Source: Alphaproteobacteria bacterium
Lineage (GTDB): Bacteria; Pseudomonadota; Alphaproteobacteria; MPNO01; UBA830
Direction: 5' to 3'
DNA length: 64,000 nt
Assembly: GCA_965243135.1 (NCBI GenBank)
Contig: OZ251539.1
Location: 4,352,001-4,416,000, forward strand
The notes under the pieces were generated by a model. It saw only the letters and a list, made by a program, of their open reading frames with translations. It ran no database searches and was not told the DNA's origin. Shown here piece by piece: positions 45,918 to 55,157 of this stretch (its first letter is position 1; every line of letters begins with the position of its first letter). The position numbers and the translations under genes are program-made.

Positions 45918-46846
45918 TCGCGCTGCGCGCGCTCGACCTGATCGGCGTTCGGGCGACCTGGATGCTGGCGGGCGGCGTTTTCCTCGGCATCGCGTGGCAA
46001 CCGCTGGCGGACGCGCTCGCGCCCTGGCTGGAGGCGATGATCGTCCTCAACCTGTCGCTGTCGATGATGCGGATCGAGCCCTCGAGGTTCGTTTCCCATC
46101 TGAAGCGCCCCGGCCCGGCCGCGGCCGCGTTCGGATTCTCGATGATCGGCGCGCCGTTGCTGGTCTGGGGCCTGGCGGAGTCGACGGGAACGGGCGGCGC
46201 GCTCGGCGCCGGCATCGTTTTTCATGCGTTGACGACGCCGATCATGTCGGCGCCGGCGCTCTGCCTTCTGTTCGGCCTCGACGCGGCGCTGGCGCTGGCG
46301 GTCACCGTTCTTTCCTACGCGCTGGTGCCGTTCACCCTTCCGCCCATGGCGCTGTGGCTGCTGGGAATCGAGCTCGACCTGACGGCGCTCGAACTGGCAT
46401 GGCGCCTCGGCCGCATCGTCGGGATCAGCTTCGCGATCGCGCTGATCGCCCGGCGCTTCGCCGCGACCCGCGGGCTGATCGAAACGCACGCTTCGCGCAT
46501 CGACGGGGTTCTGGTGATCGTCATGGTCGGCGTCGCGGTGTCGCTGATGTCGGGATTGCCGGAATACGCGGCGGCGAGGCCCGGCTACACGGCGGTCGCG
46601 ACGGCCATGGCGTTCGCGACGAACGTCGCGCTGCAGGCGGCCGGCGCGGCGGCGTTCTGGCGGCTCGGGCGCCGCGCCGCCGTCACCGTCGGACTGATCA
46701 CCGGCAACACCAATGTCGCGCTCGTTCTGGCGGCGGTCTCGGAAAGCGCGTCCTACGACCTGCTGGTTTATTTCGTGGTCGGGCAGTTTCCGATCTATAC
46801 GCTGCCGCTGGTCGCGGTGCCGATCTACCGGAAGATCGCGCGATAG
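45914..46846 (+). CDS. BASS/SBF-like membrane transporter 2 (paralog)
   Basis: TTPIMSAP, GLITGNTNVAL, GQFPIYTLP. Confidence 0.75.
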   Translation: MIALRALDLIGVRATWMLAGGVFLGIAWQPLADALAPWLEAMIVLNLSLSMMRIEPSRFVSHLKRPGPAAAAFGFSMIGAPLLVWGLAESTGTGGALGAGIVFHALTTPIMSAPALCLLFGLDAALALAVTVLSYALVPFTLPPMALWLLGIELDLTALELAWRLGRIVGISFAIALIARRFAATRGLIETHASRIDGVLVIVMVGVAVSLMSGLPEYAAARPGYTAVATAMAFATNVALQAAGAAAFWRLGRRAAVTVGLITGNTNVALVLAAVSESASYDLLVYFVVGQFPIYTLPLVAVPIYRKIAR

Positions 46847-47080
46847 CCGCGACCGGCGGACATCGCCGCGCCCTTGGCCGGGACGCTTCCAAGCCGCGGC
46901 CGCTCCGGGGCCGAAGCCGGCCGAAACGAACCGGGAGCGCGAATTCGTTCCGCGCCGCGATCTCTCCCTGGAGCCGTCGAACGCAGGCGACCGCATTCCC
47001 GTATTTCGCCGAGCCTTGGCAGCCCTCTTCGCCTTTGCCCATCGCCGCGTTCCGGTCGGCACGGCGCCGTCGCGAGGCGG

Positions 47081-50047
47081 TCATGGAAGCCCTTGCGAAG
47101 GGTCCGGGACGAACGAAACGCCCGCCTTTCTTTCTTCGATCAGCCGATCGACTTCGGCTGCGACGGCCATGATTTCGGCCGGCGCGCGCACGGGCTCGCC
47201 GACACGGCGGCGCAGAGCAACCAGCAGTGGCGCAAGCCTGGCGGATCCGTCCTCGTCCGCGGCGAGCGCCTCCGCCAGACCGCGCTCCGGCGCGCCGCAT
47301 GCGACTAGTTCGATCGCGAGCACGAGAAACTCCCGCAACTCTGCCGCATTGTCGGCGTCGTACATGGCCCAAGCGGCCCGGAAAGCGTCGAGCACCGACG
47401 CGTACTCTTTCCGAACGGCCAGCGCCATCATTCGCGGCCATGCCGCGCGGCGGCGCCACTGTTCGTTTTCCTTCAGCTCGTTCAGCTTGAGATCGAGTTC
47501 GTCGCACGTGCGCAAGGCGGCGTCCGCACGTCCGATCCCAGCCTCTACCCAAGCCTTCTGCCACAACGCTCCGACGACCCACGGCCGGAAGTCATGGTGG
47601 TCATTGGCGTCAAACCGCCGCACGAGCCTGTCCCAAGTCGCGATCGCGTCCTCCGATCGGCCGGCCAGTGCTTGCGCCGCCGCTTTGGCGGCCAACGCAG
47701 TAGCGATGTGCGGCTGAACACTTCCTTCGCGTTCCGCTCCGAATCGCCCGTCGATCTCTTCGGCAACCGCGATGGCTTCCGGAGCCCGCCCCAGCTGCAC
47801 CAACGCGGACGCCCTAGTCGCCAGCGCCATCGCAACGGCGTCGCGCAAAACCGGATCGTTCGAAACTCCGAATCGCCCGTCGATCTCGACGCAGAGATCA
47901 ATCGCGTCCGAGCTCCGCTCAAGCTGCACCAGCTCGCACGCCTTCGCCGCCAACGCTCGAGCAACCGCTTCGCGGAAAATCGGCTCGCTCGCGGATTCGA
48001 AACGCCTCGCGATCTCGTCGCAAGCCGAAATCGCAGCCTCATGATTCTCGCGCCACACCAGCCATTCGACCACGGACGACAGCGCCGCGCACACGATTTC
48101 CCGAAGCTCCGAACTTTCGTCGCCTCCAAATTCGTCGACCAGCGCGTCGCAGGTTGCAATGGCGGCATCAATGTCGCCGATCCCGTTCTGAAGGATGCCC
48201 TTGCTGTAAAGCGTCCGTGCAACGACCTCGCGACGCTCGGCATCTTCGTCCGCTCCGAGACAGCGGTCGACCTCGTTCCAGGCAGCAATCGCCGCTTCGG
48301 CATCGCCGATTTGGTCCAGCATAACCCCCTTGTTGTACAAGGCTTTGGCAGCCGTCAGCCGAAGCGGTGGCGCGGCATCGTCGCCGCAATATCCGATTGC
48401 CTCATCAAAGGTTGCTATCGCCGCCGCCGAATCTCCAAGCATGTGTTCCGAAGCGCCCTTGGCGAGGCAGGCCATAGCGACCTGTTCCCGCAGCGCAACG
48501 CGCCCGGCGAAACGTTCGATCGCATCGGCGCAGACGGCAATGGCGGCCGGGTGATCGTCCAGTGCCGCGTGTGCTCTTCCCTTCATCACCATCGCCCGCA
48601 CGACATCCGTCCCGGTTCCCGGGCGCTCGTCCCGGAGGACACGGTTGGCCAGTTCCACGACGCGCTCGTAATCCTCGCCTTCGAACGCGGCCGCGACCCG
48701 CGCAAAAAGATCCGCGCGTTCGTCCGTTCCGGCTCGACGGTCCGAAGCGGCGTGCGCTTCGTGAAAGATCAAACCGGCGAGTCGGGGTTCCATGGCCACG
48801 GCCAAGCGGACGCCTTCCTGAACCGCCGCGGAGGCTCCCGCCTGCGAAGCGGCGAGAATCCGCCGCAGATCCGTGTCGGCGAAACAGGCCGACATGAACA
48901 GAACGAGACTCCGCACGACGAACGCCTGTCCATGTTCTCGGCGGAGCTTGTAGTAGAAGCAATAAAGGCCCTCGGCGGCCGAATAGAGCCGCTTCCTGCG
49001 GGAGCCTTCCGTCAGAACGGCGCCCCGGTCGACAAGCCTGCCGAGCATGGTCGAAACCGTTCGGACGTCCAGCGAGGCGCGAGCCGCTATCTCCCCCGCG
49101 GTCGACGGTTGCCAGAGATCGACCAGAGCCAGAAAGACGCGGCGCTCGATCCTGGGCATTCCATCCAGGTAACTTCGGAAATACTCGGTGTGAACGTCGA
49201 TCAGGGTCGCCAGCTCTTCCATCAGGCGGTCCAGGGAAAGATGGCGGGCGAAACGGGCGACGATGACCAGCAACCTGGGGCTGCCGCCGGTGAGGATTCG
49301 GATGGGTTCGATTTCGCGCTCGGACCTCTCGTCCCCTCCGACGGCCCGCCACAGGCGCTGGCAGGATCCGGCATCGAGAGGTTTCAGACACAGCGTGCGG
49401 AAGAGTTCGAAGAAGGCGTGCCCGGCATCGTCGAGCGCCTCGAAGCGGCTCGTAGCGGTGGCGATCAGGGTTAGGCGCGGTTCGGTTTGCAACGCCTGGC
49501 GCAACCCCCACCCGAAGTCGTCGTCGACGGCATCGGAAAGGGCGTGCAGGTTTTCCACCATGAGGACGAGATGCCGATCAAGCGACTCGCCCGCGCCCAT
49601 AACGGCCGCGCGCGCCCTATCGGCGAGTTCGCGCTCGCGCCAGCGGGACTTCAGATCCGCATGCGATGCGCGGAGTTCGCGAGACAGTTCGGGTTCGACC
49701 GCGGCGAGTTCGTTCGCAAGATAGAACAGCGCTTCGAGCCAGAAATCGGCGAGGGAGAAGACCTCATGACTCTCCTCCATGAACCTCACCGGCAGGAAGC
49801 GCCGGGAGCGTTCCTCGTCGACCCGGAGTTCGGCTGCGAGACGCGCCAGCAACATGGTCTTGCCGCGGCCGCGAGGCGCGACAACCAGGACGTGCTGGCA
49901 CGATGGCGAGTCGAGGTTTTCCTGCACGATCCGGAGCACGGTCTCCAGTTCGACGTTCCGGACCGCGTACTGCGCGATCACTTCGTTGTCGGACTGAAAG
50001 AGTCCGGGGTTGAATTCGCGGACCGTCGGCGGCTGCGGTTCGTTCAT
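47081..50047 (-). CDS. P-loop ATPase (STAND-like) + winged-HTH + TPR-repeat protein
   Basis: APRGRGKT Walker A, LMVENLH atypical Walker B, LTGGSPRL, STAGEIAARASLDVRTVSTMLGRL HTH, about 8 TPR-like repeats of ~45 aa. Confidence 0.88.
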   Translation of the reverse strand: MNEPQPPTVREFNPGLFQSDNEVIAQYAVRNVELETVLRIVQENLDSPSCQHVLVVAPRGRGKTMLLARLAAELRVDEERSRRFLPVRFMEESHEVFSLADFWLEALFYLANELAAVEPELSRELRASHADLKSRWRERELADRARAAVMGAGESLDRHLVLMVENLHALSDAVDDDFGWGLRQALQTEPRLTLIATATSRFEALDDAGHAFFELFRTLCLKPLDAGSCQRLWRAVGGDERSEREIEPIRILTGGSPRLLVIVARFARHLSLDRLMEELATLIDVHTEYFRSYLDGMPRIERRVFLALVDLWQPSTAGEIAARASLDVRTVSTMLGRLVDRGAVLTEGSRRKRLYSAAEGLYCFYYKLRREHGQAFVVRSLVLFMSACFADTDLRRILAASQAGASAAVQEGVRLAVAMEPRLAGLIFHEAHAASDRRAGTDERADLFARVAAAFEGEDYERVVELANRVLRDERPGTGTDVVRAMVMKGRAHAALDDHPAAIAVCADAIERFAGRVALREQVAMACLAKGASEHMLGDSAAAIATFDEAIGYCGDDAAPPLRLTAAKALYNKGVMLDQIGDAEAAIAAWNEVDRCLGADEDAERREVVARTLYSKGILQNGIGDIDAAIATCDALVDEFGGDESSELREIVCAALSSVVEWLVWRENHEAAISACDEIARRFESASEPIFREAVARALAAKACELVQLERSSDAIDLCVEIDGRFGVSNDPVLRDAVAMALATRASALVQLGRAPEAIAVAEEIDGRFGAEREGSVQPHIATALAAKAAAQALAGRSEDAIATWDRLVRRFDANDHHDFRPWVVGALWQKAWVEAGIGRADAALRTCDELDLKLNELKENEQWRRRAAWPRMMALAVRKEYASVLDAFRAAWAMYDADNAAELREFLVLAIELVACGAPERGLAEALAADEDGSARLAPLLVALRRRVGEPVRAPAEIMAVAAEVDRLIEERKAGVSFVPDPSQGLP

Positions 50048-51270
50048 CAGGAGGCTTTCCGAACGGCGTTGCGCTTCGCCAAGGGCGCATGGTGGCCGCG
50101 GAAGCGGCCCGCCCACCAATCCCGAAGCAAGCGGAAGGAGAAACGGTAGCCGCCAAGGCTCGGCTCGAGATAGCCGTCATGTTCGAGCACGCCGAGCGCC
50201 TCCCTGACGCGCTCGGGCGCGTCGTCGACGGCGTATTTCCGCTCGAGCTCGCGCTGCGCATCGGGCGAGAAAACTTTCCAAACGGCAGCTTCGGCGAGGA
50301 TCTCCATGGCGATGCAGTAGGTGTCGTCGTCGAGCGCCTCGCGCAGGCGCGTCTCGTAGTGCATGAGGTTGCCATGTCCCGGAGGACCGAGAAGTCCGGT
50401 GCGATAGGTTTCCTCGACGTCGGCCACGAATACGGCGGAGCCGTCCCGCATTCTGGAAAGGTCCCACAGGTGAGCGAAATGCCGCTGCACGAAGTGGGGG
50501 ATGCCAAGGCCGAGCGCGTCGTAGACGGCGCAGGCGACATCTTCCCCGGCTTCCAGTCCATTGCTTTCCGCAAGTCGGCGAAAGCAGGCGACGCTGGTGT
50601 CGCGATCCCACGGTTCGAGTCGAAACGGAGCCAGATGGTTGATGCGGTCGGACATGCCGAGCCGGTCGACAAGAGGAGCGAGTCCGATGCTGCCCGAAAG
50701 AATCGCCACGAGGGAACCGGCCTCAAGCGTCTGAAACGCATGGCGCATCCAGCTCAGAAATTCGTCGACCCGCCGCTCTCCTTCGGGGTCTCGCAGCAAG
50801 CGCGACAGGAAGACCGGCAGTTCGTCGACGACGAGGAAGACCGGCCGCTCGTGGCCGGCGCAGGTTGCAAACAGTCCGTCACCGACGCGGCGCCAATTGC
50901 CGGCGTTCAGTTCGGCGCGGAATTTCACGCGGAAGTCGGCGGCGGAAATTTCCTCGACGTTCCGCAGTATCGAGCTCATGCCATCGGCAAGGCGTTTCAC
51001 GATGGAACGCGCGAGATGGGCGGCCCGCGCCAGTTCGGCGATGGCGTCCTCGGGGCACGCGGCGTGCTCGACATCGGCGAACAAGGACACCCAGCCATCG
51101 GCCTCCAGTCTTCGTCCGATCTCGCGGGCGATGCTGGTCTTGCCCATGCGGCGTTGCCCGGACAGCAGGACATGATTGCCGTTGCAGATCCGATTTTCAA
51201 GGATCTTGAGTTCGGCTTCGCGTCCGTGGAAGTCATCCCCGACCACCCACCGACCGGTAGCGGATTTCAT
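50047..51270 (-). CDS. AAA/STAND-like ATP-binding protein
   Basis: DFHGREAE, GQRRMGKTS Walker A, LVVDELP Walker B, SGSIGL, GIPHFVQ, LEHDGYL..F...LLRDWW; TGATG coupling to the next gene. Confidence 0.88.
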   Translation of the reverse strand: MKSATGRWVVGDDFHGREAELKILENRICNGNHVLLSGQRRMGKTSIAREIGRRLEADGWVSLFADVEHAACPEDAIAELARAAHLARSIVKRLADGMSSILRNVEEISAADFRVKFRAELNAGNWRRVGDGLFATCAGHERPVFLVVDELPVFLSRLLRDPEGERRVDEFLSWMRHAFQTLEAGSLVAILSGSIGLAPLVDRLGMSDRINHLAPFRLEPWDRDTSVACFRRLAESNGLEAGEDVACAVYDALGLGIPHFVQRHFAHLWDLSRMRDGSAVFVADVEETYRTGLLGPPGHGNLMHYETRLREALDDDTYCIAMEILAEAAVWKVFSPDAQRELERKYAVDDAPERVREALGVLEHDGYLEPSLGGYRFSFRLLRDWWAGRFRGHHAPLAKRNAVRKAS

Positions 51271-51300
51271 GGCGCATCCTTTCTTCAACCTTTCGGATGC

Positions 51301-51342
51301 ATATTGGGATACAACAAACAAGTTGTCAACTATTTTGTTGAC
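51301..51342 (-). promoter_or_regulatory. Sigma70 promoter overlapped by two CAAC-N6-GTTG palindromes
   Basis: Minus strand TTGACA (51329-51324), 17 nt, CAATAT (51306-51301); palindromes at 51312-51325 and 51327-51340. Confidence 0.7.
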
Positions 51343-51538
51343 TACAATCCGGTGGATTTAATTGGAAGGCTGCCCGGTCTTCGCGTACCTGTCCCGTCCG
51401 GCCGCGGTTCGGAACGCCTCGACGCGCGGCCGGGAGCTTTCCGAGCGACGAGCGCGCAGCAGCTGTGGCCGGCGCCAGAGAAAGGAATGCAAGCAGTTCG
51501 CCTGGCAGAAACTCCGCTGCGCGCCTGCACCGCGAGCG

Positions 51539-52483
51539 TCAAGCGGCCGGCAGTTGCGTATCGAGTATCAGCCGGCCTCGCGAATTCCGCCCCGCTTCCA
51601 GAATGCGGTGAGCGTCGGCGGCCTGACCGAGCGGCAGCACCCGGCTCACGAGCGGCCTGACATGTCCAGCATTCGCCAACGCGACGACGGCTTTCAGGAT
51701 CTGCGGACTGTCCTCGATCACCGCTTGCCGCACGTCGATATCCCGCTCGGTCGCATCGTCTTCGAACGGAAGGGCGATCAGCCAGACCAGCACGCCGCCG
51801 GGACGAAGAACGGCGCGGGAACGCACGTGGACGTCGCCGCCGACGAGGTCCACGACCGCATCCTGGTCCGACACGACCTCGCCGAAGTCCGTCCTGTCGT
51901 ACGCGATTATCCGGTCCGCGCCGAGCGAACGCACGTGGTCGGCGTTGCGCGCGCTGCAGGTTCCCGTCACTTCGGCTCCCAGATGCTTGCAGATCTGGAC
52001 GGCCATGCCGCCGATGGCGCCCGCCGCCGCATGCACCAGCACCCTGTCGCCGGACTTCACGGCCGCCGTTTCGACGACCGCGATGTAGGCGCAAACTCCC
52101 GCATGCATGATCGCGGCAGCTTCAACGAAATCGAGGCCATCAGGCATATCGACGACGTCACGTTCGGGTCGGCAGGCCAGCTGGGCGTAAGAACCCTGGT
52201 CGACGTGCCGGCACGTAAAGCAGACCCGGTCGCCGGGCGAGAAATCGGCGACGTCCGCGCCGACGGCCTTGACGATTCCAGCGCCGTCGCGGCCCGGCAC
52301 TTTCGGCGGCGCAACCGGGAAGTAGCCGGTCAAAAGCCCCTGCCGAAGCTTGCAGTCGCCGGGCACCACGCTGACGGCGCGAACCTCGATCAATACCTCT
52401 CCAAGCCCCGGCGCTGGGTCGGGCAGATCGACCAACCGCAGTTCCTCCGGCCCGCCGAACTTGTCGAAGCGAACTGCCTTCAT
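51539..52483 (-). CDS. NADP-dependent oxidoreductase (MDR / quinone-reductase-like)
   Basis: MKAVRFDKFGGPE, PGRDGAG, LVHAAAGAIG, AHRILE...RGRLIL. Confidence 0.9.
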   Translation of the reverse strand: MKAVRFDKFGGPEELRLVDLPDPAPGLGEVLIEVRAVSVVPGDCKLRQGLLTGYFPVAPPKVPGRDGAGIVKAVGADVADFSPGDRVCFTCRHVDQGSYAQLACRPERDVVDMPDGLDFVEAAAIMHAGVCAYIAVVETAAVKSGDRVLVHAAAGAIGGMAVQICKHLGAEVTGTCSARNADHVRSLGADRIIAYDRTDFGEVVSDQDAVVDLVGGDVHVRSRAVLRPGGVLVWLIALPFEDDATERDIDVRQAVIEDSPQILKAVVALANAGHVRPLVSRVLPLGQAADAHRILEAGRNSRGRLILDTQLPAA

Positions 52484-52723
52484 AGCATCCCCGTCCTGCC
52501 GCCGATGCGCGATTTCCCGAACCTGCAGATTGCGCCGAAGCGCGGCAGGAGGTCAACGACCCGCCGTTTCGGCTCGAGGCGTTGCGCCATTTTTTGCCAT
52601 CTGTCTGTCGGGCGCCTCGCGGTTCGTTCCGGCCCTCCGCCGGCAGGGTCGCGAGGATCTCACAGCGGTAGGCCGCAGGAAGACGGCCGTTGACGAAGCA
52701 AGCCTGCAGATTCTGCCGCCCCC

Positions 52724-52759
52724 GAAAAAGGAGAAGACCCCGCCAGCGGCAGAGCCTTC
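52724..52759 (-). terminator. Intrinsic terminator after the zinc-ribbon gene
   Basis: RNA GAAGGCUCUGCC-GCU-GGCGGGGUCUUC 12-bp stem (with G-U pairs) followed by UCCUUUUU. Confidence 0.65.
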
Positions 52760-52780
52760 GTTCGTCCGGACGGAGCCCGG

Positions 52781-53041
52781 TCAGAGGACAGCGATGGCGA
52801 CAGCGACGGCGAAGAGGGCAGCAACGACCACCGCAGACACGACCAACGCCTGAAGCGCGAACGCAGCAACGATCAACAGCGGAGCGAACACGACCGCCAG
52901 CAGAACGAACACGACCGACAGCACGCCGACGCCCAGATCGCCCCACGTCGCCTCCTTCGGGTCGGGCGCGCCGCAGTGGGGGCACGCCTTCGCCGACCGG
53001 GCGACCCGGCCGGAGCACTCGCGGCAATCGACCAGCGTCAT
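52781..53041 (-). CDS. Zinc-ribbon membrane micro-protein (86 aa)
   Basis: MTLVDCRECSGRVARSAKACPHCGAP plus a long hydrophobic tail; AAGGGG RBS. Confidence 0.75.
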   Translation of the reverse strand: MTLVDCRECSGRVARSAKACPHCGAPDPKEATWGDLGVGVLSVVFVLLAVVFAPLLIVAAFALQALVVSAVVVAALFAVAVAIAVL

Positions 53042-53836
53042 TTCCCCTTTCCCCGCCCGTCCGCGTCCAGAATCGCGAGCATGACCGAATCCGCGACAAT
53101 GCTCGCGGCCGCGGCCAAGTCGGCTGCGCACTCGTTGCGGTAGACCGGGATCTGGCGGCTGGTAACGCGGGCCGTGACCCTCCAGCCGTCCGACCCTCGC
53201 TCGGAGGTTGATCGCGTAGTCGGGCATTCCATGCTCCGCGATGCGTACATGCAACGTATATGTGCGCGGCATGCGCGCGGCGCAACAGAGTCGAGAAAAT
53301 TTTCTCGCCCCCACCTCGCCGATGGTCCGCGTCTCCAGGCAGCCCGGCTGCGGGTGGCCGCGGTCGCGAGGGCTCAGGCGCCCGAAGTCGGGAACGAAAG
53401 AAGAGGTTGCCGCGGCGCAGCGCCGTGCCGTCCTTCGACCGCCGGCCTTGCAAACGGAAATAACGCAGCCGCAAATGATGGCGCGACTGACGGCGCGGTA
53501 TGTCAGCGACGAGGCAGCCGCGCGTTCAACCGCAGGGCGGCCGCCTACGACCGGTCCGCCGAAGCCGAGCATGGAAACATTCTCCGGACTGCGCTGGCGG
53601 AGGAGGATTTCGCAGCAAGAGCCGAAGCGTCGCGGCAGCGGAGCGGCATCTCCGGCGAGGACGCGGCGACAGCGGCGGATGCGCTGCGGCGCCGCGCCCC
53701 CTTCTCCATGCTCTAGCTTCCCCCTGCCGCACGATGGGCGGGGTAACCGCCGGCAAAATAGCGCGGCAGTGCAGACGCCTGCTTGCAATCATCCGCATTG
53801 AGATTATATACACTCCAAATCTGGAGAGCGCCTTTC

Positions 53837-54268
53837 GTGCACGCCTATCATCCTGCGACGCGCTACGAGGTCGCGCCCCTTATCGATCTTTCCGACCGCA
53901 GGGAACGCGAGCGGCTCAGCCCGGACGCAGCGCGCACTTTCTTCAATATCATGGCTCGGTGGAAGATCCGTGACGCCGATGGCCGCCAGCTGCTCGGAGG
54001 AATTTCGAACGGCGCCTACTACGCCCTGAAGAAAGGATCCGACCGCACGCTCGACGAGGACAAGCTTCGCCGGATTTCGTATCTCGTCGGCATCTTCAAG
54101 GCCCTGAACCTGCTCTACAGCGAGGATCTGGCGGATCGCTGGATGCAGCTGCCGAATAAAAACAGGATCTTCCGCGGAACGACGCCGCGCGCCTATCTCA
54201 TGCAGGGCGGTCTGCCGGCGTTCGCCACGGTGCGAAAGCTCCTGGATGCGCGACGGGGCGGCCATTGA
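53837..54268 (+). CDS. Xre/MbcA/ParS-family antitoxin
   Basis: RLSPDAARTFFNI..RW...LLGG, RISYLVGIFKAL, W..LPN.N..F.G.TP, VR.LLDARRG; GGAGAG RBS; palindrome CTCCA-AATC-TGGAG at 53813-53826. Confidence 0.88.
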   Translation: MHAYHPATRYEVAPLIDLSDRRERERLSPDAARTFFNIMARWKIRDADGRQLLGGISNGAYYALKKGSDRTLDEDKLRRISYLVGIFKALNLLYSEDLADRWMQLPNKNRIFRGTTPRAYLMQGGLPAFATVRKLLDARRGGH

Positions 54269-54951
54269 ACGACCCCGCCGTCGCGCGCATCCGGCGACTC
54301 GACACGCATCGGCTCATTCCCTCGAACGAAGGCGCAGACAGCGTGCTCGTCAGAATCGCCGACGACGACGAACACCTTCGCGGCATCTTCGATCTGGATC
54401 ACGCGACCAACGATCGCCTGCTTGCGGAGAACGACCTGTCGCCGGGCATCGGCACCGACGAACTCGTGTTCAACATTCCTCATTGCCGCATCGTCAATGC
54501 GGCCTTCACGCACGCCCATCCCCTCGGCGCCCGGTTCAGCGGGCCGGACCGCGGCGCCTGGTACGCCGCGTTCGAACTGGAAACCTCGCAGACCGAGGTC
54601 GCTTGGCACAAGTCCGTCGAGCTCGCCGAAATAGACTGGCCGGAGGAAAGCATCACCTATGACGACTATCTCGCGGATTTCGGCGGGGATTATCACGACC
54701 TCCGGGGAGACGCGGGTTTCCGGCCATGCCTCGCCCCCGACAGTTACGTCGAAGCGCAGTCGCTCGCGGAGAACCTTCTCGCAAAACGGTCGCCGGGAAT
54801 CGTCTACCCAAGCGTACGCCGCAACGACGGCACCTGCCTTGCGTGCTTCCAACCATCGCTTGTCGGCAACGTTCGCAAGAACGCACGCTATCGCTTTACT
54901 TGGTCGGAACCATTCAGCCCGGAAATCGAGCTTGAAGTGCTCTACGCGTGA
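54265..54951 (+). CDS. RES-domain toxin (NAD+-consuming family)
   Basis: THRLI, RFSGPDRGAWYAA..ET...E, SY..AQ, GIVYPSVR..G.CLA.F; overlaps the antitoxin stop. Confidence 0.9.
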   Translation: MNDPAVARIRRLDTHRLIPSNEGADSVLVRIADDDEHLRGIFDLDHATNDRLLAENDLSPGIGTDELVFNIPHCRIVNAAFTHAHPLGARFSGPDRGAWYAAFELETSQTEVAWHKSVELAEIDWPEESITYDDYLADFGGDYHDLRGDAGFRPCLAPDSYVEAQSLAENLLAKRSPGIVYPSVRRNDGTCLACFQPSLVGNVRKNARYRFTWSEPFSPEIELEVLYA

Positions 54952-55157
54952 GGATCCCGCAACGGTCCCGCTGGCGCGGACTTTCGCTTCGCTCAAGCTC
55001 CCCATTCTTTCGGAGGCTGCGAGGCCGCAAGCCACGCGATCAAACAGAGCCGGCGCCGCCGGCGCCATGGCCTCGAGCGACGCCTCGCCGCATCGTCTGC
55101 CTCGATCTGGGAGACGGCGCGCTCTTTGATCGAATTGCTGACGGTCGGAACGCGCAT

